Source: an uncultured Gemmatimonadales bacterium
GTDB lineage: Bacteria > Gemmatimonadota > Gemmatimonadetes > Longimicrobiales > RSA9
Reading direction: 5' to 3'
DNA: 64,000 bases
NCBI GenBank assembly: GCA_963798085.1
Contig: CAWCRS010000003.1
Coordinates: 256,001-320,000 of the forward strand
Part shown: piece after piece, positions 18,716 through 29,341 of the stretch
How positions within the stretch are numbered: position 1 is the stretch's first letter
Layout: each line of letters opens with the position of its first letter
The notes under the pieces: generated by a model
Seen by the model: only the letters and a program-made list of their open reading frames with translations
Databases searched by the model: none
Told to the model about the DNA's origin: nothing
Program-made: the position numbers and the translations under genes

Positions 18716-21700
18716 ATGCCAATGACACCGGAGTCGACGATGCCCGAGCCGGCCGTGGCAGGCGGTGCGCGCATTTTCATCTCGTACAGCCGCCGTAATG
18801 CGGAGTCGTTCGCCCGGGAACTGCGAGACCAGTTGAGCGACGCGGGCTTCGCCGTGTGGTGGGACCAGCAGAGCATGGCGAGCCGCGGCGACACCTTCCT
18901 CGACGAAATACAGAAAGCCATCATCGCGGCGCACCGCCTGGTGCTGATTGTCAGTCCGCGTGTCCGCACATCGCCGTACGTGGGCTGGGAGTGGGGTCTG
19001 GCCGAGCGCGAGTGCGTGGTCGTTAATCCTGTGTTGTACGACGGCCCGGATGAGCCCTGCGTGTTCGAGGCGCACTGCCCGCCGGAACTCAGGCAATACG
19101 ACGCCGTCGATTTCCGGAGTGGACAGGATCCGGCGGCGTCGCTTTCCCGACTGCTCCGGCTGCTGGCGGCGGCGCCCGTCCCCCTCGGCACGCTGCACCG
19201 CGTTCCGGAACTGCCGCCGGCGTGGGTGCCGCGAGACGCCGCGCTGCAGGCCGTGGCGCAGCTGGTCCATCCGGACCGCACCGAACCCGCTGTTATCGCC
19301 TCCGCCCTGCGCGCGTCCGCGCTACACGGCATGGGCGGTATCGGCAAGTCCACGCTGGCCGCAGACTTTGCGCGGCGCTGCGGCACGCGGCGTTTCTTTC
19401 CCGACGGGATCCTCTGGACCGCCGTGGGTCGCACTCCCGAGCTGGGCGCCCTGTGCCGCGAAATCGGCAGCGCCCTCGGCGAGGCGGCGGTTGCCAGCGA
19501 GCTGACGCCGGCCGGCGCGCTGGCATCGCTCAGCCGTGCGCTGCTGCAGCGCCGCTGTCTGCTCGTGTTCAATGACGTCTGGGAGCCCGAGCACATCCGG
19601 CCGTTCATCGACATGCAGACGGGGTCGCGGCTGCTCATCACCACGCGCACCGCGTCGCTGGCGCGCTCGACGGGCGCGCGCGAGCACCAGCTGGACATCC
19701 TCGAGCCCGCGGAAGCGCTCGAAGTACTGCGCTCCTGGTCCAGCCCGGAAGAACACGCAGCGGCCTGGGCCTCGCCGCCGGAGGCCGCGCCGATCGTCAA
19801 TGAGTGCGGCCGCCTGCCGCTCGCGCTCGCCATGATCGGCTCCATGGTGCGGGCGGGCGAGGTCGGCTGGACCGAGGCACTCGCGCGGCTGCGCGCGCGT
19901 CAGCTGGGCGACATCCGCGACCGCCTGCCCGCTTACGATCATCCCGACCTGCTGCGCGCCATCGCCGTGAGCGTGGATGCGCTGAGTGATTTCGAGCGCG
20001 CGCGTTACCTCGAGCTGTGCGTGTTCCCCGAGGAATGTGGTGATCCCGCGGGACGCGACGCAGCGCTACTGGTCGGCGTACTGCAATGCGACCGGCGCGA
20101 GCCACCTCTTCACCGCCTTCGCCGACCGGTCGCTGGCCCGCCGCGTCAATGCGGGCATCCTGCTGCATGACCTGCAGCGCGATTACGTGCGTGCCGTAGC
20201 GACGGATGAGCCCGCGCTCCAGCGCCGGCTGCTGGCTGCGCTGCGGCCCGCGGGTGGCTGGTACGCGCTGCGCGATGGCGACTACCTGTTCGACCGGCTG
20301 CTCGAGCACATGGCGCGCACGGACGACGTGGACGCAATCCACACGCTCGTCACGGACCCCTCGGCCAATGGCGGCAACGGGTGGTATCGCACGAAAGGCG
20401 AATGGCATCCCGGTCGCTACCTCGCGGATCTGAGCCGTGCGCGCGCAGTCACGCCCGCCGCGCAGCTCGAGCGCCACGCGCTCTACGCCGTAATGGAGGC
20501 TTCCGTGCGCAGCGCGCAGCGGTCGCTGCCGGCCAGCCTGCTGCGCGCACTCGTCGCCCACCATCTGTGGACCGCGGAACGGGCCGCCGCGCGCGTGCGG
20601 CTGCTGCCCGCCGGACAGCGCGCCCGCGGCATGGTCGAGATCGTGACGGTCGCGCCGCTCGAGGACGGGCTGCCGCTGCTGGCCGAGACGCTGAACGCGA
20701 TCCGCCAGGACTTCCGCTCCATCAGGATCTGGCGGAGCTGGTGCGCGACCTGCCCGGCACGCTGCCCGCCGAGGCGCTGGCTGCGCTGGCCGCGGAAGCC
20801 CGCGCCACGGGCAACTGGCTGGCGCTGGCGCACGTCGCCGCTCGTGCGCCTTCGCCGCGGCACGCGGAGCTGCGCGCCGAGGTGCTGTCCGGCGTGGACC
20901 ATATCACCGAGCGCGCCGCCTGCCTGACCGTGCTCGTGCGGGCGCTGCCTGACATGTCATTAGCGGACGACGTGGCGGACACGCTGGACGCCATTCTGGC
21001 GCTCGACTACCCCGGCTCGATCGCGGAGGCGCTGGAAGAACTCATTCCCGCGCTCGCCGGGGACGTGCTGCGCGAAACGGTCGCCAGATGGCTCGCGCTG
21101 CTCGACTCGGATCGCGTACACGTGTCTCCCATTGCGATCGCACGCTCACTCTGCAGCGTGGCGGCGGCCTCGCCGCAGATTGCGCCGCTGCTCGTGGAGC
21201 GTCTGCCGGCAAGTCTTGCCACCACGCGCGCCATCGCGCTGGCGCTGCTCACGCCGCACCTGCCGCAACCCATGCGCCGGGATATCGCCGCGCGGGCATT
21301 CCAGCTCGCGAGCGAGCGCCGGGAGCTGGATGGCGAAACTGCCTTCGAGCTGGCGCGCGTCGCGGAGTACCTGGATGGCACCCAGGTGGAGCGACTGCGC
21401 ACGGTCGCGCGCGCAGAGTCCGGCTACTGGCGAGGCGGTACGCTGGCCGGGCTCGCGCGCGTGCTGCCCGCCGCCGCATCAGTGGCGCTGGTGGATCAGG
21501 TGATCGAGTCCATTGCCACGGCAGGCGAGTGGCGCGACCGCGAGCACATCGCGGAGCAGGCAGCGCCGTTCCTGCCGGCCGACCGGCTGCTCGAGGCTGC
21601 GCGCGCCACCACACGCGCCGATGACGACCGCGAGCGGTTCGGCGCCGTGCTCGACATGATCGATCACCTCGACGACGCCACGCGCACGGACGTCTTGCGC

Positions 21701-22843
21701 CAGCTCCTCGACGTCGCGGCAGGCTCGAGCGAGAGCACGCGCGCCGAGGACCTCACGCAGATCGCTTCGCTGCTGCCGGAATCGCTGCTCGAACGCGCGA
21801 CCGGGATCGCGCGCGGCGTGGGCTCGCCGCGCTTGCGCGTGCGGGCACTGGGCGCGCTCGTATCGCGCAGACCCGCGCTCCTCGCCGAGGCTGATGCCGC
21901 CGTGCACGAAGTGGAGGACGCGGCCGAGAAGGGACACGCGCTCGCGCGCCTCATCCGCTGCCGCAAGCCGGAAGGGCAACACGAGGCCATCGCTGTGCTG
22001 CTCCCGCTGCTCGACGCGGAGAAGCACGACGAGACGCGTGCAGAAAGCATTGCCGCCATCCTGCCCTTCGCCGGCGCTGCGGCCGCTTCGATGGCGCACG
22101 ACGCCGTGGTGCGTTACCGCCATCACGGCGCGGCCATGCGCTTCCTCGTGCCGCACCTCGGGATCGAGCCGTTGCGCGAATACGCGGACCACCTCCAGTG
22201 GATCGACGCGTACAACGCACTGGCCGCGCTGCCCGAGCTGATGGTGCGGCTCTGCCGCACGGGCTACCCGGCGGAAGCGTGGACGCGGCTGAAGTCGATC
22301 GAACGCGACGACGCACCGGCACGCGCCCGCGCCGTGGCCGCCATGGCGCCCCTGATGCGTGTCAGTGATCTGTCAGAGGCACCTGCCTGGCTCGCAGCGC
22401 TGGACAACCATTACGCCAGCGAACCCGCGCTGGTCGAGGTGCTCGAAGCTCTCGCTGCGGCGGGCCACGGGCAGCACGCGCGGGAGCTGGCCGGCGCCAT
22501 GACGGATCCCATGCGCCACGCCGCTGCGCTCGCGGCGATCGCACGGCACAGCAACGACGCGCGCCCGCTCGTCGACCAGGCCGTCGCGATTGTGGAATCG
22601 CTGCCCTATGCGGAGACGCGGTGGCTCACCGTGCGCAAGCTGGCCGCGGCGCTCGCGACGCTCGACCCGACCGACATTCCGCCACTGCTCGCCCGCCTGC
22701 TCGCCTCGCTCTGCCAGACGCTGCGGCTGAACTTCGTTCCCGAGCTGAACGTGCTGGCCCCCGCGTTCGCGCGCGCCGGCGGGCCCGATGCGGTCGCAGC
22801 ACTGCGGCGGGTCGTGCAGCAATGCGCGGTGTGGTGGCCGTGA
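18716..22843 (+). CDS. TIR - NB-ARC (STAND) - APAF1-like helical - alpha-repeat protein, frameshifts near 20033 and 20718
   Basis: TIR: IFISYSR..WWD..SPYVGWEW. Walker A GMGGIGKST, Walker B LLVFNDVW, LLITTR, GRLPLAL, LHDLQRDY, then long helical repeats. Confidence 0.85.
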
Positions 22844-22962
22844 CCCGGCGGCGGGGCGCGGCCGCTTGCCGCCGGCGCACCGCTTCGCGCGCCCGAGCCT
22901 CGCACAGCGCTATCGCAACTTCTGGTTTTCAGGAGAGTTACGCATTGAGTCCGATAGCGCTC

Positions 22963-22990
22963 TTGACATATTCCCATATTGGAATATCAT
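22963..22990 (+). promoter_or_regulatory. Sigma70 promoter overlapped by a palindromic operator
   Basis: TTGACA (22963), 16-bp spacer, TATCAT (22985). Inverted repeat ATATTCC-N6-GGAATAT at 22968-22987. ATG follows at 22997. Confidence 0.75.
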
Positions 22991-22996
22991 GACGCC

Positions 22997-23353
22997 ATGG
23001 CAAGAGCAGCCACAACGACCAATGCCTTCAATGCGGTAGCCGAGCCGCGGCGGCGACAGATCCTGGACGTGCTCTCGCGCGGCGAGCTTCCCGTGAACGA
23101 TCTCGTCGCCGCACTTCGCCTGGCGCAGCCGCAGGTTTCCAAGCACCTGCGGGTCCTCCGCGAAGTCGGTCTGGTGGAGGTGCGAGACGAGGGCAGGCAG
23201 CGGTTGTATCGCCTGAACGGCCAGTCGCTCAAGCCCATTCACGACTGGATCAGCAACTACACGCAGCTCTGGAACGAGCGGTTCGAAGTACTGGACAATG
23301 TGCTGGGTGAACTCAAGGCGAAGGAGGACGACAATGGCGGCAGCGACGAGTAG
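22997..23353 (+). CDS. ArsR/SmtB family transcriptional regulator
   Basis: FNAVAEPRRRQIL..VNDLV..QPQVSKHLRVLREVGLV..GRQRLYRL. Confidence 0.92.
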   Translation: MARAATTTNAFNAVAEPRRRQILDVLSRGELPVNDLVAALRLAQPQVSKHLRVLREVGLVEVRDEGRQRLYRLNGQSLKPIHDWISNYTQLWNERFEVLDNVLGELKAKEDDNGGSDE

Positions 23354-23822
23354 CGGCTCGGCCGTGGTGACGCTTCCCACGGACACGCAGATCCTGATCA
23401 CGCGGGAGTTTGCCGCGCCCAGGCGCCTGGTCTACAAGGCCTGGACGACGCCGGAGCTGATCAAGCGCTGGTGGTCGGGCCAGCGCGGCAAGGTCACGCT
23501 GGCGGAAGTCGACCTGCGCGTGGGCGGCATGTGGCGCTTCGTGATGGTGGCGAACCGGGGCTTCGAGGTGGCGTTCCACGGCGTGTACCGGGAAATCGTC
23601 GAGAACGAACGACTCGTTTCCACCGAGGTTTTCGAAGGCATGCCGGAAGGCGAGGCGCTGGACACGGTCACGTTCACGGAAGTGAACGGACGCACCACCA
23701 TGAAGCTGCTCGTGGACCACACGATCAAGGCGCATCGTGACGCGCACATCAATTCCGGCATGGAAGCGGGCATGCAGGAGGCGATGGACCTGCTCGAGCA
23801 GGTGGCCATCTCGCTGGGTTGA
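23334..23822 (+). CDS. SRPBCC/AHSA1 family protein
   Basis: ITREFAAPRRLVYKAWTTPELIKRWW..DLRVGG.WRF..FHGVYREI..SGME.GM. SD AAGGAGG. Confidence 0.92.
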   Translation: MAAATSSGSAVVTLPTDTQILITREFAAPRRLVYKAWTTPELIKRWWSGQRGKVTLAEVDLRVGGMWRFVMVANRGFEVAFHGVYREIVENERLVSTEVFEGMPEGEALDTVTFTEVNGRTTMKLLVDHTIKAHRDAHINSGMEAGMQEAMDLLEQVAISLG

Positions 23823-23839
23823 AGCGACGCGCGCAGCGG

Positions 23840-23871
23840 AGGGACCGCCGCGCACGCGTGCGGCGGTCCCT
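23840..23871. terminator. Hairpin between convergent genes
   Basis: AGGGACCGCCGC-N8-GCGGCGGTCCCT, perfect 12-bp stem. Confidence 0.6.
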
Positions 23872-23884
23872 TCCCGTCCGGCAC

Positions 23885-26569
23885 TCAGTCGATGCGCAGC
23901 GACTCGATCGGGTCGACGGAGGAAGCGCGCCGCGCGGGCAGATAGCTGGCTAACAGGCCAGTCAGCACCATTGCGCCGGATGTGCTCACGAAGGTGAGCC
24001 CATCGATGGCTTTGACGCCGAAGAGCAGCGAGCCCAGCACGCGGGTGCTGGCGAACGCGCCGATGAGGCCCAGCATGATGCCGGGAACGACGACGGCCAC
24101 GCCCTGCGACACCACCATGCGCCGCACCTGGCCCGCTTCGGCGCCCAGCGCCATGCGCACGCCGATCTCGCGCGTGCGCTCCGCGACGACGTAGGAGAGC
24201 ACGCCGTAGAGGCCGACCGTGCCGAGGATCAGCGCGAGCAGCGCGGCGATGCCCAGCGTGAGTGTGGTGAAGGACAGCTCCAGCATCGACCGGCTTGCCA
24301 GTCCTTCCATCGTGTACACGCGGTACATCGGTGCTTCCGGCGCCACTTCCTTGACGAGGGCCCGGATGTCCGGCGCGATCGAATTCGCGCGCGGCGTCTT
24401 CACCACATAGCCCGGTGACGACAGGGCCCAGGCGTTCGGAGTCGGCCCCACCATGGGGAAATAGAGCTGTGCATTCGGCCCATCCCGGAGGCCGTACTGC
24501 ATGACATCCTCCACCACGCCGACGACGCTCATCCAGGGGGGCTCCGGCCCCGTCTGGCCCGGCGGATTCCATGGCTGGAGCCGCTTGCCGATCGGGTCCT
24601 GCCCCGGCCACAGCAGCTTCGCGGCGCTCCTGCTGACGATGACGTTGCCGAGATTCGTGGTGTGATCCGCCGGGGTAAAGGCGCGGCCGGCCAGGACGGC
24701 GATGCCCATCGTCGAGAAGTAATCGCCGCCCGTGAACGTGAAGTTGAGCAGCGCGCCGCGCTCCGGATCGCCTGCCATTTCATCCGACCTGAACCGCCTG
24801 TTAGCCGTGCCTTCGTCCAGCGGCACGTTCTCCACGATGCCCACCGACTGCACGCCGGGCAGCGCGGCGATGCGCTTCAGGAACTCATCGTGGAAGAGGG
24901 CCCACGATGGGCCGTCGTGCAGCGCCGGATTCTCGGGCGCGAACTGGAACGTGAAGAGGTCCTTCGTCTCGTAGCCGGGATCCACGTGGCGCAGCGCACG
25001 GAAGCTGCGCAACAGCAGCCCCGAGCCGATGAGCAGCAGCAGCGCCAGCGCGGTCTGCGCCACCACCAGCCCATCGCGTCCCCACGAGCGCCGCCGCGTC
25101 GAGCCGCGGCTGCTGTCACGCAGGCGGGTCAGCTTCGGATTCGATGAGCGGACGGCGGGCCCGAGCCCGCACAGCAAAGCGGACACGAAGGCGGCGGCGA
25201 GCGTGAAGGCCAGCGTATCGGGTCGCAGGTGCACAGCGGATAGACGCGGAACGCTGGGTGCCACGCGCAGGACGAGAGGCAGCGTGATCCACGCGAGCAG
25301 CACGGCGAGCACGCCCGCCGCCGCGGCGATGATCACGGTCTCCGCCATCTGCGAACGGATCAGCGCGCTGCGTCCGGCGCCGATCGCTTTGCGGATGGCC
25401 AGGTCCTGGCCCCGCCGTTCGGCGCGCACCAGCAGCAGGTTGGCCACGTTCGCACACGCAATCAGCAGCACGATGGCCACGGCGCCCAGCAGCACCCACA
25501 AGGTGCCGGCCACCCCCCCCACCAGCTGCTCCTCGAGCGAACGCACGATTGCGCGATGGCGGGCCATGATGCGCGCGTAGGCCGAGGAGCCGCCGAAGCG
25601 TGCGGGCAGCTCGGCTGCGAGCCGGTTCAGCTCCAGACGCAGCCCGTCCTGCGTGGCTCCCGGTGCCAGGCGGCCCACCATGCGCATGCCGAAGCGGCCC
25701 AGTATGATCTCCGCGGGCCGGATGACTTGGGGAACCCAGAGCAGCACGTTCTCGGTGGGAAAATGGAAGTTGGCCGGCATCACGCCAATCACCTGCCGGC
25801 TCGCGCCCGCTGCCTCGAACGACTTGCCAATGACGCCGCGGTCGCCGCCGAACCACGTCATCCAGAGCTGGTAGCTGATCACCATGGCGCGGTCTTCGTC
25901 TGCCGCCACTGGCAATCGTCCGAGGATCGGCGTCACGCCCAGGGTGGGGAACAGCTCGGGCGTAGCCCACGACATCCACACGCGCTCCGCCCGGTCACCG
26001 GCGCGCAGCGTCTGCGTCATGTCGCCGAACACCGCGACGTTCTCGAGCAGCTGCGACTTCTCGCGGTACTGCACGAGCATTTCCGCGGCCGGCGCGAACT
26101 CCTGCGGCAGATCCGAGCCAGGCGCCGTCGCCGCGATGTAGACGAGCCGATCCGGCTGCGGATACGGCAGCGGCTTCAGCAGGACGGTGTCGACCACACT
26201 GAAGATCCCGGCCAGGGCGCCCAGCGCGAGGCCGAGCGTGACCACGGACACCGCGAAAAAGCCGGGCGAGCGGCGCAGCGACCGCACCGCCTGCCGCAGA
26301 TCCTTCGACCATCCATCCATTGAGAGTCCCATTCCCTTTCTCGGGTTGTGCACCATCGGCTCGTCCAGCCACGCGGGGTTCCAGCGCTCCGCCAGGCCGG
26401 AGCACACGAGATCGAACACAGTCGAGATGTCGAACGCGAATGCGCGGAAGCGCCCACGCGCTGCCGCGCGCGCACGGTCGATCTCGATCTGCTCGACCAT
26501 GTCTTCGCCGAACTGCTCCCGGAATCCCGCCGGGAACAACCGCAGCAGGACGCGGGCGATGCGTCTCAC
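23885..26569 (-). CDS. ADOP-family duplicated ABC permease with N-terminal prefix domain
   Basis: Same motifs as 3847-6531. N-terminus LFPAGFREQFGEDM. Overlaps the PadR stop. Confidence 0.9.
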   Translation of the reverse strand: MRRIARVLLRLFPAGFREQFGEDMVEQIEIDRARAAARGRFRAFAFDISTVFDLVCSGLAERWNPAWLDEPMVHNPRKGMGLSMDGWSKDLRQAVRSLRRSPGFFAVSVVTLGLALGALAGIFSVVDTVLLKPLPYPQPDRLVYIAATAPGSDLPQEFAPAAEMLVQYREKSQLLENVAVFGDMTQTLRAGDRAERVWMSWATPELFPTLGVTPILGRLPVAADEDRAMVISYQLWMTWFGGDRGVIGKSFEAAGASRQVIGVMPANFHFPTENVLLWVPQVIRPAEIILGRFGMRMVGRLAPGATQDGLRLELNRLAAELPARFGGSSAYARIMARHRAIVRSLEEQLVGGVAGTLWVLLGAVAIVLLIACANVANLLLVRAERRGQDLAIRKAIGAGRSALIRSQMAETVIIAAAAGVLAVLLAWITLPLVLRVAPSVPRLSAVHLRPDTLAFTLAAAFVSALLCGLGPAVRSSNPKLTRLRDSSRGSTRRRSWGRDGLVVAQTALALLLLIGSGLLLRSFRALRHVDPGYETKDLFTFQFAPENPALHDGPSWALFHDEFLKRIAALPGVQSVGIVENVPLDEGTANRRFRSDEMAGDPERGALLNFTFTGGDYFSTMGIAVLAGRAFTPADHTTNLGNVIVSRSAAKLLWPGQDPIGKRLQPWNPPGQTGPEPPWMSVVGVVEDVMQYGLRDGPNAQLYFPMVGPTPNAWALSSPGYVVKTPRANSIAPDIRALVKEVAPEAPMYRVYTMEGLASRSMLELSFTTLTLGIAALLALILGTVGLYGVLSYVVAERTREIGVRMALGAEAGQVRRMVVSQGVAVVVPGIMLGLIGAFASTRVLGSLLFGVKAIDGLTFVSTSGAMVLTGLLASYLPARRASSVDPIESLRID

Positions 26570-26916
26570 GTGCTGGACCCCGCCGTGCGGAGCCGCTCCT
26601 CCGCCAGCGCGGCCGCGCCCTTCAGCCGCCTCGCCTCCGCCGCCAGCGCCGCGCGACCCGATGCGCTCAACCCGTAGTACTTCCTCGCCCGGCCCGGATG
26701 CGGCTCCGGCGTCGCATTGGCGACCTCAGTGACCAGACCCGTCGTCATCAGCCGCGCCAGCACCCGGTAGAGCGAGCCCGCCCGCGGCGCCAGCACCCCG
26801 CCCGACTCCTGCTCCACCCGATCCTTGATCGCGTAGCCGTAGAGAGACCCGCTCGCCATTGCCAGCAGCACGTGGTATTCGAGCGTGCTCATGCCGCTCT
26901 CGTTCACAGCGCCCAT
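26566..26916 (-). CDS. PadR-family transcriptional regulator
   Basis: LYGYAIK..AGSLYRVLARL..GLV..RKYYGLS.SGR. Confidence 0.9.
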   Translation of the reverse strand: MGAVNESGMSTLEYHVLLAMASGSLYGYAIKDRVEQESGGVLAPRAGSLYRVLARLMTTGLVTEVANATPEPHPGRARKYYGLSASGRAALAAEARRLKGAAALAEERLRTAGSST

Positions 26917-26945
26917 TGGGTCGTCATCCGCATGGTGGTTCGCAA

Positions 26946-26986
26946 ATACCCTGCGGGTATATATACCAAAAGAGTATTTATGTCCA
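26946..26986 (-). promoter_or_regulatory. padR promoter with tandem ATAC-N7-GTAT operators
   Basis: On the minus strand, TGGACA-17bp-TATATA. Palindromic half-sites at 26946-26960 and 26963-26977. Confidence 0.65.
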
Positions 26987-27091
26987 TGGTTTTGCCGCCT
27001 CTGGGGCTCGGGCTCGGGCTGGTTGCCCGGAACGGATCACGGCTTTCCGGCCGGCGGCCACCGCGCGGCCTCGGTACGGCCAGTATGCAGA

Positions 27092-27121
27092 AACGGCCGG
27101 CCCGGTTTCGGGTCGGCCGTT
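27092..27121 (-). terminator. Stem-loop downstream of the SBP56 operon
   Basis: AACGGCCGGCCCG-GTTT-CGGGTCGGCCGTT, 13-bp stem with one imperfect pair. Confidence 0.6.
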
Positions 27122-27149
27122 GCCGTGCGGATCGGGTCTGACTTCAGCT

Positions 27150-27770
27150 TCAGGCGAGCAGCACCGCCACCCCCGCGACCGCGAGCGCGCCACTCCACAG
27201 GATGTCGGTGTCGATCCAGGCGCGACGCAGCAATCCCACGCCGGCGGCGCGGTAGGCGACGACTGCGATGGTGGCCATGGCGGTGAGCATCGCCGCGGAG
27301 TGCACGGCGAGGACGGAAGCGTCGCCTGCAGCCGTCATGTTGTGGTGCATGTGGTGGCCGGTCATGCCGGCCGGGCCCAGCACCACGGGGAGGAGCATGA
27401 GCCCCGCCCCGTGCGCCGATGCCATGACGAACGACCATGCGAAGAGACCACGCGCGCTGAGGCGCATACCGACGCGCCGCGGGTGCGCGCGTCGCACCAT
27501 GAGATACGTCGCGTAGCCGAGCAGCACCGCCCCGCCCGCAATGCGCAGCGTCGCGGGCGGCAGGAACCGACCCGCCGCGAGCGCCACGCCCATGACTGCC
27601 GCCACGGAAGCGGCGTGTCCCAGCGCGATGGGCGGCAGTGCCCGCAGCATCGCCGCGGCGCGCTGCTCCTGAAGTCCGAGCGCCACGGCGAACAGCCAGC
27701 CCATCGCCGGATTGACGCCATGCCAGGCGCCGAGCAGCACCGGAATCCACCAGCTCATGACGCCGCTCAT
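27150..27770 (-). CDS. His-containing membrane protein coupled to SBP56
   Basis: LGAWHGVNPAMGWLFAVALG, ALGHA, SAHGAGLML and a His-rich loop GHHMHH. Overlaps the SBP56 stop. Confidence 0.8.
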   Translation of the reverse strand: MSGVMSWWIPVLLGAWHGVNPAMGWLFAVALGLQEQRAAAMLRALPPIALGHAASVAAVMGVALAAGRFLPPATLRIAGGAVLLGYATYLMVRRAHPRRVGMRLSARGLFAWSFVMASAHGAGLMLLPVVLGPAGMTGHHMHHNMTAAGDASVLAVHSAAMLTAMATIAVVAYRAAGVGLLRRAWIDTDILWSGALAVAGVAVLLA

Positions 27771-29183
27771 GGGAAGCAGAAGGAATCAGAGGAGGCGTCA
27801 CCACCCTGCAGCCTGACCTGGTGCGGGCGCATATGGCCGAAATCCATGAAGAAGTCAGGCGACGCCGTCATGCCACCATCCGCGCCCAGATCCAGCTGCG
27901 TGAGCCAGCCACGGATGCCGTCGGGATAGAACTGCGCATCCCACGCGAGGTAGAGCGAATTGGTGAGGTAGGCGCGCTTCCCGTCGCGGCTCAGCTCGAT
28001 CATTCTGCGGGCCGCCATTGAGCCGCAGGTGCGGCATTGCGGGGTGGGAGGAACGGCGCACGATGCCGCCGAGGTGCACGGCGCTGACCAGCTTCGGCTC
28101 GAACGGGTCGGTCACATTGTACTGTCGCAGCTCGCCTGTTCCCCAGCACGCGACGTAAAGGAACCGGTCGTCGAGCGAGAGTGCGATATCGGTGACCAGC
28201 GGTGGGACTGCGCCGAAGGGCTTGAGCGCCGGTGGCAGGACCGACGCGTCGGCAGGCTCGGCCGGAATGTCGATGACCTTCCTCGCCTGCCAGTCGCCGT
28301 CACGGTAGTACCACGTCCAGATCGAGCTGGAGAGATCGGTCAGGCTCAGCACTACATTGACGAAGCCATAACGCTTTGTTGGATTGTGCGCCGGTCGCAG
28401 TTCCAGCACCATTTGGTTGTCATCTCCCAGCAGCAGCGACTTGAGGTGCCGGCGCTCGCGCAGGTCCCAGAAGTGCAGGCGGCGGCCGTATTCCTTGGCC
28501 ATGAGCAGGTCGGGCTGCACGCCATTCTCCACCTGCCGGGGTGTGCCCCATTCGCTCGTGACCATCGTGTCCCAGCCGAGGTGCCACCAGAAATCGTACG
28601 CCTGGCGCTGCGGTCCGCGGTCCATCTCCCAGGCACCGAGCGGCTCGAAGGTGTCGTGGTCGAGGATGAAGATCCCGCCCGGACCGTCGCCTTCCGCGTT
28701 GCCGAGCGCGCTCATGTAGATGCCGTCGGGTCCGCAGTGCACGGTGTGCGGGCGCGAGTAGCCGGTCTTCGCGGCCAGCTCTTCCGGCTCGATCACCCTG
28801 ACCAGCCGAGGCTCCGCGGGATTGGGCTCGGTGTCGATGATGTAGATGCGCGACGACTTGAGTCCGGGAACGATCAGGTAACGCCGGCGCACGTGCGGGT
28901 GCGGCGCGTACGGGCACAGTGCCGAGCTGCAGGCGTTCCAGCCGAAGTGGTGCAGCTCATCGCCAGCGTACGGCAGTTCGAGCCGGCCGATGATGCGGCC
29001 GAACGTGGCGGACTCGCGGTCGCAGTCGAGTACGCCGATGGCATCTCCGCGGCCGTCCTCCGGCGTCGGGTTGATGAGCGCCACATACGCCAGCGTTTCC
29101 GCCGGCGCCTCGCGTGCGCTGCGCGGCGAAGGGTAGAACGTCGGGTCCGGCAGGAGCCGCCGTCTGGTCTCCGTCTTGATCAT
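27767..29183 (-). CDS. Selenium-binding protein SBP56 / methanethiol oxidase family, +1 frameshift near 28003
   Basis: DPTFYPSP, GDELHHFGWNACSS, PHTVHCGP, YDFWW, GGPQ|MIELSRDGKR.YLTNSLY..WD.QFYP, HQVRLQGGDASSD. Confidence 0.9.
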
Positions 29184-29341
29184 GGGAATGCCTTCCTGGC
29201 CTCCAGGGCCGATACAGGGATCAACGAGCGGAGTCGCGGTAGCGCTGCGTCGAGCAGCGTCCGTCGCTCGTGCGTGGAAGGTTGCGCTGGAGGGTGTGTG
29301 GGTGCCTCGGTGGATCAACCCAATTTGGGCGGAGCGGCTAC

